Shown: one piece after another, positions 9,855 through 18,874 of the stretch
How positions within the stretch are numbered: position 1 is the first letter of the stretch
How the letters are laid out: each line of letters opens with the position of its first letter
DNA from: an uncultured Solibacteraceae bacterium
GTDB lineage: Bacteria > Acidobacteriota > Terriglobia > Bryobacterales > Bryobacteraceae
Assembly: GCA_964384215.1 (NCBI GenBank)
Contig: CAYLLB010000014.1
Coordinates: 25,943 to 89,942 of the forward strand
Length of the DNA stretch: 64,000 nt
Direction of reading: 5' to 3'
Program-made: the position numbers and the translations under genes
Notes under the pieces: generated by a model
What the model was told of the DNA's origin: nothing
The model's database searches: none
Seen by the model: only the letters and a program-made list of their open reading frames with translations

Positions 9855-11870
9855 CTACCGCCAGATGTCCACGCCCATCTCGGCGAACTGCGCGCCGGCA
9901 TTGAGGAAGTGCGCTGTGATCCAGAAAACGGTCCACTCCTCGCGATAACCGCCGCGCAGCCCCAGCACATCCCCGGTGTCGCCGCGCTGAGCGTAATTGG
10001 TGTGGTGCGGTTGCTCGCCCTGGCTGCCGTAGGGGTCGATGATCTGTCCGCAGGTGCGGAACATCAGGATGCCCATGCGCTTCAGGTCTTCGCGCTTCAG
10101 GATCTCGCCCATGCGATATACCGCCGGCGCCATGATGACGCCGTAGACATCGATGTGCTGGTTCTGCGGGGAAACCACGGTCCAGCCGCGCGTGCGGAAG
10201 CGGTGGTCGCGCAGGCGCCCGGCGGGTAGGTCGATGTCCCACACCACGACATAGCTCAACACCACGTCGCAGGCGTGCTCGGCCCACTTGAGGTGCCGGG
10301 GATCACCGGTCGCCTCATATAACGCCAGGAAGCCCTCAAAGGCAGCCCAGGCTCCTTCCTTGTCCTCGCTCTGCGCATCCAGCGTGCCGCCCCAGTAAGG
10401 CTCGCGCATCGAGAGATGACGCGCCGCGTAAACCTCGCCCGCTTTCAACGCAGCTTGCATATACGTCTTGTTCGCAAACAGCCCGGAACTGGCCACCAGC
10501 GGTGCGATGAAAAATCCCTCGGCGGTGGAGAGCGGCTTCCAATCCGGCGACAGGATCCGTGCCGTGTGAAAGTCCGCCGCCTTGCGCAGGAAGACCTCCC
10601 ACTTCGACGTATCCGCACCCGATGCGCGGCCCACGCGGATGGCGCGCGCGAAGTTCATCATGGCCTGGCCCTGCGAAAGCGGCTCATGGTGCGACCATTC
10701 GCCTTTGTCCACCGTGTACCAGGTGTGGAATCCGCCGTCGTAAAATTGCGCGCCGCTCAGGAAATCGAGCGAGCGCTTTGCCATGCTCGTGGCTTCCGGC
10801 GCGTTCAGGCCTCTACCCAGCACTTGCAGCGCATAGCCGAGGGAGTCCGCCTGCCCGCACCAGCCCATCACGAAGATGTCGCGGTCCGGATACTTGTTGA
10901 AGCCAGCAACGGGGCCGCGCACGCGCCACCGTGATTTTGCGTAGCGGTACTTGTCGCGCAGGATTTCCGGGAAGCCCGGCAGGTCCTCGACGTACCACGG
11001 CGCGAACAGACGCGCCGATGTGCGCACCGGAGTCTGGAATCCCGTGCCTTCACGCGCCACGGGGAAGGCCTCCAGGTAAAAGGTCTTTTCGATGATGGCG
11101 CCCGCCGGGACATCCAGGTAGGCTTCATCGTAAGGTTTGAAGCCGGGCTGTATGGCTTTGATGACGCTGCGCTTCCCGTTGGAGGCGCACGGGCCGGATA
11201 GCGCCACCAGTTCCGCACCCGCCTCTCGCTCAACGACTCCGAGCGACCACCACTGGTCCTTGATATGGCCGAACGGCGCGGGCGATGGCACGGTGTGCAA
11301 CGCCATGCCTCGAGCCGTGTCCAGTTCGGTGTAGGCGAAGGGCATGGGGTAGCGGTGCTCTTCATAGATGGCCTCTTCGCCCGGCTTGCCGGTGAACACC
11401 GGTACTTTGCCGCTGCGGGCACCCGACGGATTGCCGTAATAGAGAATGCCCGGCAGCAGCAGGTTCGCTTTGTGGGCAGATGCGTGAAATCGCACCGAAA
11501 GCGTCACCTTCTTTGCAGTGCCGGGGCCTCTCCACTCGAAGCGACGGACGGCCTTCACGATGCCGCCGGCGGGCCGATAGGCGTCGCGAAGCTCCCACGT
11601 GCCTCCGCAAGCTTTCAGGCGACCCTTGACAATGGTCCAATCGCCCGCGGTTTCGATCGACTCCGGTGCGGCGTGGCGCCAATCGGCGGGCCAACCGTCG
11701 CGCCAATCGCAGGCGATGGACCACACTCCTTCAGTGGGCGTGGCCGCATAGACGCTGCCGTCCGCTAATACCTCAACGCGCTGCGCGCCCGACGGGCCGG
11801 CGACGCGAATCGACGTGGCGGCGGAAACGCTGGCAGCCAAAAGCAGGGACAAACTCAAGAAGGTACGCAT
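9855..11870 (-). CDS. Secreted protein of unknown function (671 aa; C-terminal half possibly an alpha/alpha-toroid glycosidase/lyase-like fold)
   Basis: Track ORF 9855..11960 trimmed to the ATG at 11870, which gives the signal peptide MRTFLSLSLLLAASVSA. First gene of the minus-strand string. Function not recognisable from motifs. Confidence 0.6.
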   Translation of the reverse strand: MRTFLSLSLLLAASVSAATSIRVAGPSGAQRVEVLADGSVYAATPTEGVWSIACDWRDGWPADWRHAAPESIETAGDWTIVKGRLKACGGTWELRDAYRPAGGIVKAVRRFEWRGPGTAKKVTLSVRFHASAHKANLLLPGILYYGNPSGARSGKVPVFTGKPGEEAIYEEHRYPMPFAYTELDTARGMALHTVPSPAPFGHIKDQWWSLGVVEREAGAELVALSGPCASNGKRSVIKAIQPGFKPYDEAYLDVPAGAIIEKTFYLEAFPVAREGTGFQTPVRTSARLFAPWYVEDLPGFPEILRDKYRYAKSRWRVRGPVAGFNKYPDRDIFVMGWCGQADSLGYALQVLGRGLNAPEATSMAKRSLDFLSGAQFYDGGFHTWYTVDKGEWSHHEPLSQGQAMMNFARAIRVGRASGADTSKWEVFLRKAADFHTARILSPDWKPLSTAEGFFIAPLVASSGLFANKTYMQAALKAGEVYAARHLSMREPYWGGTLDAQSEDKEGAWAAFEGFLALYEATGDPRHLKWAEHACDVVLSYVVVWDIDLPAGRLRDHRFRTRGWTVVSPQNQHIDVYGVIMAPAVYRMGEILKREDLKRMGILMFRTCGQIIDPYGSQGEQPHHTNYAQRGDTGDVLGLRGGYREEWTVFWITAHFLNAGAQFAEMGVDIWR

Positions 11871-11917
11871 CGTTCTCCCAGCCAGCGTAGCATTCCGTCG
11901 GCTGAGGCAATCCTGGT

Positions 11918-14656
11918 ATGCTGAAGCATCCGAGAGCCATGAGCGGACCCGTAGTTGCATCTATTCTCCTGTTGTTGGTTTCTTTCTCGTCGGTGCTTGC
12001 CTGCGTAAGCGGTACTGTGATGGACGTGTCCGGGGCGGCCGTGCCCAACGCCAGGGTGGAGATCCGGAATGCGGCGGGGGTGCTCGTTTGGACAGGCCGT
12101 GCCGGCGACGATGGGGGCTTTCAATGGTGCGCAGCAACGGCAGGCTATTATCAGGTCCGCGTAAACGGCGCCAATCTGGAATCGAGTGAATCGGCGGTGT
12201 ATGTACCTTCGGCCGGTGCGGATGTGCAAGTGCGGATTACGCTGGGACCACCCTCGGTCTACAGCCGCATTACAGTAAGTGCGACGCGAGGAGCAATTGA
12301 GGACGCCGAGCGCTCACCGCAGATCATGTTTGCGAAAGACTTGGAAGAGATCCGCACGCGGCCCATCGCCACCCTGGGCGAGTCCCTGGCGGCGGGGCCT
12401 GGTGTGCTGGTGCAGCAGAGCACTTACGGCCAAGTGTCGCCGTTCCTGCGCGGGCTCACCGGCTACCAGGTGCTCAATCTCGTCGATGGTATCCGTTTCA
12501 ATAACTCGACATTCCGTTCCGGACCCAACCAGTACCTGGCTTTCATCGAACCCAATCAGGCGCGGCGGGTGGAAGCGCTGCTGGGGCCTACCGGCGTCCA
12601 GTACGGCAGCGACTCCCTCGGCGGCACGATCCACGTGATCACATCCCGGCCGGAATTCGAAACGGGAAGCAACCGTTGGAGGACTCACGGCGACCTGTTC
12701 GCCGGGGCCGCCAGCGGGGACCTGTCAGCAACTGGGAACGGTCGCATTACTGTCGCGGGCGAAAAGGCTTTTGTACTCATCGGAGGTTCGGGCCGCAGAC
12801 ACAACGATCTGCGCGCCGGCGGTGGATATGATTCGCACAATGTCTTCCACCGCTATTTCGGGATGTCTCTTGAGAGTGCCCGGGACATGCTAGGAACCCG
12901 CCAACAGGACACCGGATTCCGCCAGTATGGGTTCGAGACAAGGCTGGCTTTGCGCCCGCGAGACGGACATCTTCTGTCCCTAAACTATCACCGGGGTGTG
13001 CAAGACCAGGTGCGGGGCTACAAGGACCTGCTGGGAGGGCTGGGGCGTCTGCAATCGGATTTCGACCCACAGGTCCTGAACTGGCTGTATGTGCGTTATG
13101 AGAGGCAGCGGCTGGGTCTTCTCGATTCGCTCACCGGGACGTTTTCGCTGAACAGCCAGGCAGATGGCACTGCCCGGCGCAACCTGCTGTACTCTGATCC
13201 GCTGACCCGGGACTGGAGCCGCGTGGACGTTTGGGGCTACTCGGCCCAGGCTGTGACGCACCGCGCCAGCCGCGCGCTGTTCAGCTTCGGGGGTGATATC
13301 TACGACGAGCACATTTCCAGCAGCCGCACCGTGACCGAACCACTCAGCGGCAAGGTGACACGTCCCCGGCCGCTTTATCCCGACGCTTCGCGATATCAGA
13401 CATACGGCGTCTTCGGCCAGGCGAACATCGATTTGACCCAGCGCCTGCGCGCCGCTGGCGGCATCCGTTACACAGGTGTGCGCTTTGCGGCTCGCCAGGA
13501 TACCGCGCTCGCGATCCCGGAGTCTTCGCAGTGGTTTCGCGACTTCACCTTCCAATCCTCGCTGTCCTACCAAGTGGCTGGGCCGCTCGGTTTGCACGCA
13601 ATGATAAGTCGTGGTTTCCGGGCCCCCAACCTCAACGATCTGGGGGCGCTCGGATTGAACGACCTCGGCTACGAGATCCCGGCTTCCGCGGCTATTCCGG
13701 CCGGCGCTCTGCTGAGCACGGATTCAGGAGAGGGTGCGCTATCGAAGAACCAGGCGCTCCGGCCGCTTACCGCCGAGTCGCTGATGAACTACGAAGCCGG
13801 TGTGAGGCTCAATCTGCGGCGGCTTTACGTCCGCGCACAGGCGTTCGACGCGGAGCTTTTCGACCCGATTGTCCGGCGCACCCTGCTTTTCCCGGCGAAC
13901 GCGGTGCCCACCGGGCTGGCTGGACTTTTTGTGACACCGATTCCTCCGACGGCTGCCCAACTTGCCCAGGGTGTTGTCACCGTGGCGACCGCGTTGGACT
14001 CACGGGCCGTCAAGGCCTTCGTGAATGACGGCCGTTCGCGCTATTACGGCAGCGAAGTGCTGGCCCACCTGACCCTCACTCCGCGACTGGCGCTGGAGGC
14101 AAACTACAGCAACATCCTGGGCCGGGATCTCAATCCTAATCGCAACGTCCGCCGCCTTCCTCCCCAGATGGGCGCCGTGGCGCTGCGCTACACGCCTAGC
14201 GGACGGCGCCCCTGGCTGGAGATTGCGGTCACCGCCAGCGGAGCGCAGGACAGGCTGAGCGGCGGCGACACGGATGACGAACGCATCGGGGCATCCTTCC
14301 GGCGTAGCGACATCGCTTCGTTTTTCAACGGAAGCCGTGTTGCGGCCTACCTGGATCCCGCGATTGGCGTTTTTCTCCCCACCGGCGAAACGCTGCTCCA
14401 AATCCAGAACCGCGTGCTCCCTATCGGTGCCACGGTCAACGGGGTTCGCGTCACCAGCGACGGCACGAGAGTGCCCCTCTATTTGTCCACGGCCGGATGG
14501 GCCACCTTCAACATCCGATCCGGTTTCCCGCTGGGCGAGCGCGTGCACCTGAATGCGGCGGTCGAGAATCTGCTAGATCGCAACTACCGCGTGCACGGTT
14601 CCGGAACCGACGCGCCCGGAATCAGCGCCTGGATTGGGATAGGGTACCGATTCTAG
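11918..14656 (+). CDS. TonB-dependent outer-membrane receptor with N-terminal carboxypeptidase-regulatory-like domain
   Basis: VSGTVMDVSGAAVPNARVEIRN (CarboxypepD_reg). Plug-domain motifs (FLRGLTGYQVLNLVDGIRFN, GPTGVQYGSDSLGGTIHVIT). C-terminal aromatic ending GIGYRF. The start could instead be the ATG at 11939. Confidence 0.85.
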   Translation: MLKHPRAMSGPVVASILLLLVSFSSVLACVSGTVMDVSGAAVPNARVEIRNAAGVLVWTGRAGDDGGFQWCAATAGYYQVRVNGANLESSESAVYVPSAGADVQVRITLGPPSVYSRITVSATRGAIEDAERSPQIMFAKDLEEIRTRPIATLGESLAAGPGVLVQQSTYGQVSPFLRGLTGYQVLNLVDGIRFNNSTFRSGPNQYLAFIEPNQARRVEALLGPTGVQYGSDSLGGTIHVITSRPEFETGSNRWRTHGDLFAGAASGDLSATGNGRITVAGEKAFVLIGGSGRRHNDLRAGGGYDSHNVFHRYFGMSLESARDMLGTRQQDTGFRQYGFETRLALRPRDGHLLSLNYHRGVQDQVRGYKDLLGGLGRLQSDFDPQVLNWLYVRYERQRLGLLDSLTGTFSLNSQADGTARRNLLYSDPLTRDWSRVDVWGYSAQAVTHRASRALFSFGGDIYDEHISSSRTVTEPLSGKVTRPRPLYPDASRYQTYGVFGQANIDLTQRLRAAGGIRYTGVRFAARQDTALAIPESSQWFRDFTFQSSLSYQVAGPLGLHAMISRGFRAPNLNDLGALGLNDLGYEIPASAAIPAGALLSTDSGEGALSKNQALRPLTAESLMNYEAGVRLNLRRLYVRAQAFDAELFDPIVRRTLLFPANAVPTGLAGLFVTPIPPTAAQLAQGVVTVATALDSRAVKAFVNDGRSRYYGSEVLAHLTLTPRLALEANYSNILGRDLNPNRNVRRLPPQMGAVALRYTPSGRRPWLEIAVTASGAQDRLSGGDTDDERIGASFRRSDIASFFNGSRVAAYLDPAIGVFLPTGETLLQIQNRVLPIGATVNGVRVTSDGTRVPLYLSTAGWATFNIRSGFPLGERVHLNAAVENLLDRNYRVHGSGTDAPGISAWIGIGYRF

Positions 14657-14669
14657 TGCAGAGCCGCGA

Positions 14670-15851
14670 TTAGCCCTTCAACATCCCCACAATGGCGTTC
14701 ACCAGGATGGCTCCGAGGCCGATGGGGATCATAATCTTCCAGCCGATGTTCATGAGTTGGTCGTAGCGGAAGCGTGGGAAGGTGGCTCGGATCCAGATCA
14801 TCATGTAGATCATGCCGCTCACCTTGGCGATGTACCAGAAGACGCCGATGGCCGCCTGGTTGACCGCCGGCACCAGGAACAACAGGCCCGCGAAGATCAT
14901 GCAGAGCGCCACAACCAGCAGCAGGTACCACTGCGGTCTGGTCGGCACGCGCTTGAGCAGCGGGAGGCAGGCCACGCCGGCGCCTGCGAGCGCGGCTACC
15001 GGAACACCGTAGTTCAGTGGAATCTCGAGCCATGCCACGTTCGGAAACGGCCTCAACCAGCCGCCCAGGAATACCGTTACCGCCACCGATGAGATGACAC
15101 AGATGTTGGCATATTCCGCCAGGAAATACAGTGCATAACGGAAACCGCTGTACTCGGTCATGTAGCCGGCCACCAGTTCGTTTTCCGCTTCCGGCAGATC
15201 GAACGGCGCGCGGTTGGTTTCGGCGATGGTGCAGATGAAGTAGACGACGAACGGCACGATCATCAGGCCGTAGTTTTCAAACGCGAACCAGACGTGGCGT
15301 TCCAACTGGCGGTTGACGATGCCCACCATGCTCAGGGTGCCAGCCGCCATGACGCCGCTGAGCAGCGCCAGCGCGAGCGCAACTTCATAGCTGATCAATT
15401 GCGCTCCGCCGCGCAACGCGCCGAGCAACGAGTAATGGCTGTTGGAACTCCATCCTCCCAGGATGACGCCCAGCACGCCGACGGCGCTGGTTGCGGAGAT
15501 GACCAGCAGTGCGACGTTGACGTCGGCGGCCATGAAGTACTTTCCGCTGAACGGGATCACGCTGAAGGCCAGCAGAGCCATCACGTTGGGGATCACGGGC
15601 GCCAGCCAGAAGATGGCCTTGTCGGCCTGGTTGATGATGATGTCCTCTTTCTGGAGCACCTTCACCGCGTCGGCGATGGGCTGCAGCAGTCCGAACGGGC
15701 CCACGCGCATGGGACCCATGCGCACCTGGAAATCGGCCAGCAGCTTGCGCTCCAGCAGGGAGAGGTAGCCCGCCACCAGCGCGAAGGCGCAGACTACGAT
15801 GACCATCACCACCATCGGTGTGAACAGCGGATTTTGAAGAACCGTTTCCAT
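14670..15851 (-). CDS. nuoH: NADH-quinone oxidoreductase subunit H
   Basis: LLERKLLADFQVRMGPMRVGPFGLLQPIADAVK is the NuoH/ND1 signature. ATG at 15851 is preferred over the TTG at 15866. Lies after nuoN, which is not the canonical position. Confidence 0.9.
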   Translation of the reverse strand: METVLQNPLFTPMVVMVIVVCAFALVAGYLSLLERKLLADFQVRMGPMRVGPFGLLQPIADAVKVLQKEDIIINQADKAIFWLAPVIPNVMALLAFSVIPFSGKYFMAADVNVALLVISATSAVGVLGVILGGWSSNSHYSLLGALRGGAQLISYEVALALALLSGVMAAGTLSMVGIVNRQLERHVWFAFENYGLMIVPFVVYFICTIAETNRAPFDLPEAENELVAGYMTEYSGFRYALYFLAEYANICVISSVAVTVFLGGWLRPFPNVAWLEIPLNYGVPVAALAGAGVACLPLLKRVPTRPQWYLLLVVALCMIFAGLLFLVPAVNQAAIGVFWYIAKVSGMIYMMIWIRATFPRFRYDQLMNIGWKIMIPIGLGAILVNAIVGMLKG

Positions 15852-15866
15852 GTCAATCGAACCCAA

Positions 15867-17336
15867 TTACCGCAAAACGGACGTCTGAGCCAAACGGACG
15901 AAAGGCTCGGGATAAATGCCGATCACCAGCGTAGCCAAGCCCGTCAGGGCCAGCGCCACACGTACGCCGAAACTGGATGCCGGTGCCTCGATGGAAGCTT
16001 CCTTTTCGGTGAACATGCACCGCACAATGCGGAAGTAATAGTAGATGGCAACGGCCACGTAGAGCACCGCGATCACGGCTAGCACGTAATGCCCGGTCTG
16101 GATCAGCGAGAGGAAGATGAAATACTTGCCGATGAATCCGGCCGTCGGCGGGATGCCGGCGAGCGACAGCAGGAAGACCAGCATCAGCAGGGCGTAGCCC
16201 GGGCTGCGATGCATGAGGCCCGCGAAGTCATCCACATTGTCGCCGACCAGGTCCTTGCGCCGCAGCGCCACCACCACCAGGAATGCGCCGAGGTTCATGA
16301 AGGTGTAAACCAGCAGGTACACCGCCACGCCCTCCATGCCGGTGGAGTTTCCGGCCACCAGGCCCAGCAGAATGTAACCGGCATGCGATATCGAACTGTA
16401 AGCCAGCAGACGCTTCACGTTGGTCTGCGTGATGGCGGCCAGGTTGCCCACCGTCATGCTCAGGACGGCCACCACAGTGAGCAGCGGCATCCACAATTCG
16501 CGGGCCGCGGCGAAGGGGCCGACGAAGATGCGCACCAGGAAGGCGAACGAAGCGGCCTTCGAACCCACGGCCAGGAACGCGGTCACCGTGGTGGGCGCGC
16601 CTTCATACGCGTCCGGCGCCCACATATGGAAAGGCACGGCGGAAACCTTGAAGAGCAACCCGACCGCTGCGGTGGCCAGCGCCAGCAGTACCATGGGATC
16701 GCTCGGCTCGCGCAAAGCCACTGCAGCGGCCACGTCGCGCAGCTTTGTGGATCCGGCGATGCCGTACAGCACGGAGAAGCCGTAAACGAGGAACCCGCTC
16801 GAGAACGCGCCCAGCAGCAGGTACTTCATGGCGGCTTCGTTCGATTGCCTTTCGCCGCGCAGGAAGCCCACCATCACGTAAAAGCAGAGGGCCATCAGTT
16901 CAAGGCCGATGAAGAGCGTGATCAAGTCCGTGCCGGAAGCAAGGAAGAACATGCCGCACTGCGCCAGCATGATCAGGCCGTAGTATTCGCCGTGATGCTC
17001 TCCCTCGATTTCCAGGTAGCGGTAGCTGATCAGGCTCACGATCATTGCCGTCACCAGGAAGATCCAGTTGAAAAAGATGGCGAAGCCGTCGATGGTAACA
17101 GATCCGTTGAAGGCAGTGATTTCGGCCACGCCCTGCGAGGCGAGAAAGCTCTGCTGACGCCACAATCCATACCCGCAAAAGGCCTCGCCGAGCGCCACGA
17201 ACAAGATCAGATACTTGCGCTGCCGCGGCTCTGGGAAGACCAGAAAGTCGAACAGCAGTACGGCGCATCCGAACAAGGCCAGCATGATGGCCGGAATCAG
17301 AACGAAATGATCGGTGGAAGTGTACAGAGCATTCAT
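15867..17336 (-). CDS. nuoN: NADH-quinone oxidoreductase subunit N
   Basis: Track ORF 15867..17621 trimmed to the ATG at 17336 (MNALYTSTDHFVLIPAIML), which overlaps the nuoM stop as ATGA. Polytopic NuoN/ND2-like sequence. Confidence 0.9.
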   Translation of the reverse strand: MNALYTSTDHFVLIPAIMLALFGCAVLLFDFLVFPEPRQRKYLILFVALGEAFCGYGLWRQQSFLASQGVAEITAFNGSVTIDGFAIFFNWIFLVTAMIVSLISYRYLEIEGEHHGEYYGLIMLAQCGMFFLASGTDLITLFIGLELMALCFYVMVGFLRGERQSNEAAMKYLLLGAFSSGFLVYGFSVLYGIAGSTKLRDVAAAVALREPSDPMVLLALATAAVGLLFKVSAVPFHMWAPDAYEGAPTTVTAFLAVGSKAASFAFLVRIFVGPFAAARELWMPLLTVVAVLSMTVGNLAAITQTNVKRLLAYSSISHAGYILLGLVAGNSTGMEGVAVYLLVYTFMNLGAFLVVVALRRKDLVGDNVDDFAGLMHRSPGYALLMLVFLLSLAGIPPTAGFIGKYFIFLSLIQTGHYVLAVIAVLYVAVAIYYYFRIVRCMFTEKEASIEAPASSFGVRVALALTGLATLVIGIYPEPFVRLAQTSVLR

Positions 17337-18871
17337 CGGACGCTTACCTCCGCGACGTTGTGCGCAGCCTGGCCGGCGAAGTATCCCGGCCGGACGCGCT
17401 CCACAATCTGCGTCACCGGCTTTTCGAGGATCTCGAAATAAGGCTTGGGATAAACGCCGATCCAAAACGCCCAAATAATGAGAGGCAGGAAGACCGCCCA
17501 CTCGCGCAGGTTCAGATCCGGCAGTTTCAGGTTCTTCGGATTGGTCACCTCGCCGAGCATGGTGCGCTGGTAAAGCCAGAACAGGTACGCAGCGCCGAAG
17601 ATCACGCCGAGTACGGCGCAAGCCGCCCAGGCCCGGTTGGCCTCGAACGCGCCCTGCAGAATCGTGAACTCGCCCACGAAGCCGTTGAGCAGCGGCAGAC
17701 CCGCGGAACTCAACATGGCAATTGCAAAGACCACCGAGTACATGGGCATCACGTGAGCCAGACCGCCGTACTCTTTGATCTCGCGGGTGTGACGGCGCTC
17801 ATAAACTATGCCCACAATCAGGAAGAGCATGCCGGTGGAGATGCCGTGGTTGATCTGTTGGATCACGCTGCCTGCGATCCCGTTGGGGTTCATCGCGAAG
17901 ATGCCTAGCGTGCAAAAGCCCAAGTGGCTCACCGAGGAGTAGGCCACCAGCTTTTTCCAGTCCTGCTGCATCAGGCTGACCAGAGCGCCGTAGAGAATCC
18001 CGACGATTGAAAGCGCGGCGAGCGTCTGGACAATCCACGGGTCGATCGCCGCTTTCGGCAGCAGCGGCAGCGAGAAACGGATGAAACCGTAGGTGCCCAT
18101 CTTCAGGAGCACGCTGGCCAGGACCACGCTGCCGGCGGTGGGCGCTTCGACGTGCGCGTCCGGCAGCCAGGTGTGGAACGGGAACATCGGAACTTTAATG
18201 GCGAAGCCGAGGAAGAAGGCCCAAAACACCCACTGCTCGAGGTGCAGCGGCATATCCAGCTGCATTAGCGCCGAGATGTCGAAAGTGTAAAAGCCGAACT
18301 GCTTGAAATGCTGGAAGTAGAGCGTCAGGATACCGAGCAGCATCAACACGCTGCCAGCCAGTGTGTAGAGGAAGAACTTGATGGCCGCATAGAGCTTTCT
18401 CGGCCCTCCCCACACGCCGATGATGAAGTACATCGGCACCAGCACCACTTCCCAGAACACATAGAACAGGAAAAAGTCGAGCGAGAGGAACACGCCGATC
18501 ATGCCCACCTGCTGGAGCAGGAACATGGCGTAGTATTCCTTGACGCGTTCCTGGATGGAACTCCAACTGGCCAAAATCGCCAGGTATCCGACCAGCGTGG
18601 TCAGCATGACCAGCAGCAAGCTGATGCCGTCGATGCCCAAAAAGTACTTGACGCCCAGGCTCGGGATCCAGTCCACCTTCTCGACCATCTGGAAGCCCGC
18701 GGCGTTCTTATCGAAGCGGGCCAGCAGGAGCAGCGAGACGGCGAACCCGGCCAAGCCCGCGATGTTGGCCCAAATGCGGATGAGGTTCTTCTTCGCGCCC
18801 GGCAGGAACATCAGCACCGCAAAACCGGCCAGCGGCGTAAACAGGACGATGCTCAACAAGTGCTCGTTCAT
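17333..18871 (-). CDS. nuoM: NADH-quinone oxidoreductase subunit M
   Basis: 512-aa polytopic antiporter-like subunit with WLPDAHVEAPTAGSV motif. Position between nuoL and nuoN. Confidence 0.9.
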   Translation of the reverse strand: MNEHLLSIVLFTPLAGFAVLMFLPGAKKNLIRIWANIAGLAGFAVSLLLLARFDKNAAGFQMVEKVDWIPSLGVKYFLGIDGISLLLVMLTTLVGYLAILASWSSIQERVKEYYAMFLLQQVGMIGVFLSLDFFLFYVFWEVVLVPMYFIIGVWGGPRKLYAAIKFFLYTLAGSVLMLLGILTLYFQHFKQFGFYTFDISALMQLDMPLHLEQWVFWAFFLGFAIKVPMFPFHTWLPDAHVEAPTAGSVVLASVLLKMGTYGFIRFSLPLLPKAAIDPWIVQTLAALSIVGILYGALVSLMQQDWKKLVAYSSVSHLGFCTLGIFAMNPNGIAGSVIQQINHGISTGMLFLIVGIVYERRHTREIKEYGGLAHVMPMYSVVFAIAMLSSAGLPLLNGFVGEFTILQGAFEANRAWAACAVLGVIFGAAYLFWLYQRTMLGEVTNPKNLKLPDLNLREWAVFLPLIIWAFWIGVYPKPYFEILEKPVTQIVERVRPGYFAGQAAHNVAEVSVR

Positions 18872-18874
18872 AGG

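Noticed and set aside
17337-17621. Upstream extension of nuoN. Similar extensions occur for kdpA (36390..36458), proline dehydrogenase (53174..53476), the EamA gene (57191..57388) and the URO-D-like gene (44155..44328).
   Set aside because: The extensions overlap the preceding genes or are compositionally aberrant. Internal ATGs placed at or next to the upstream stop reproduce the canonical N-termini.
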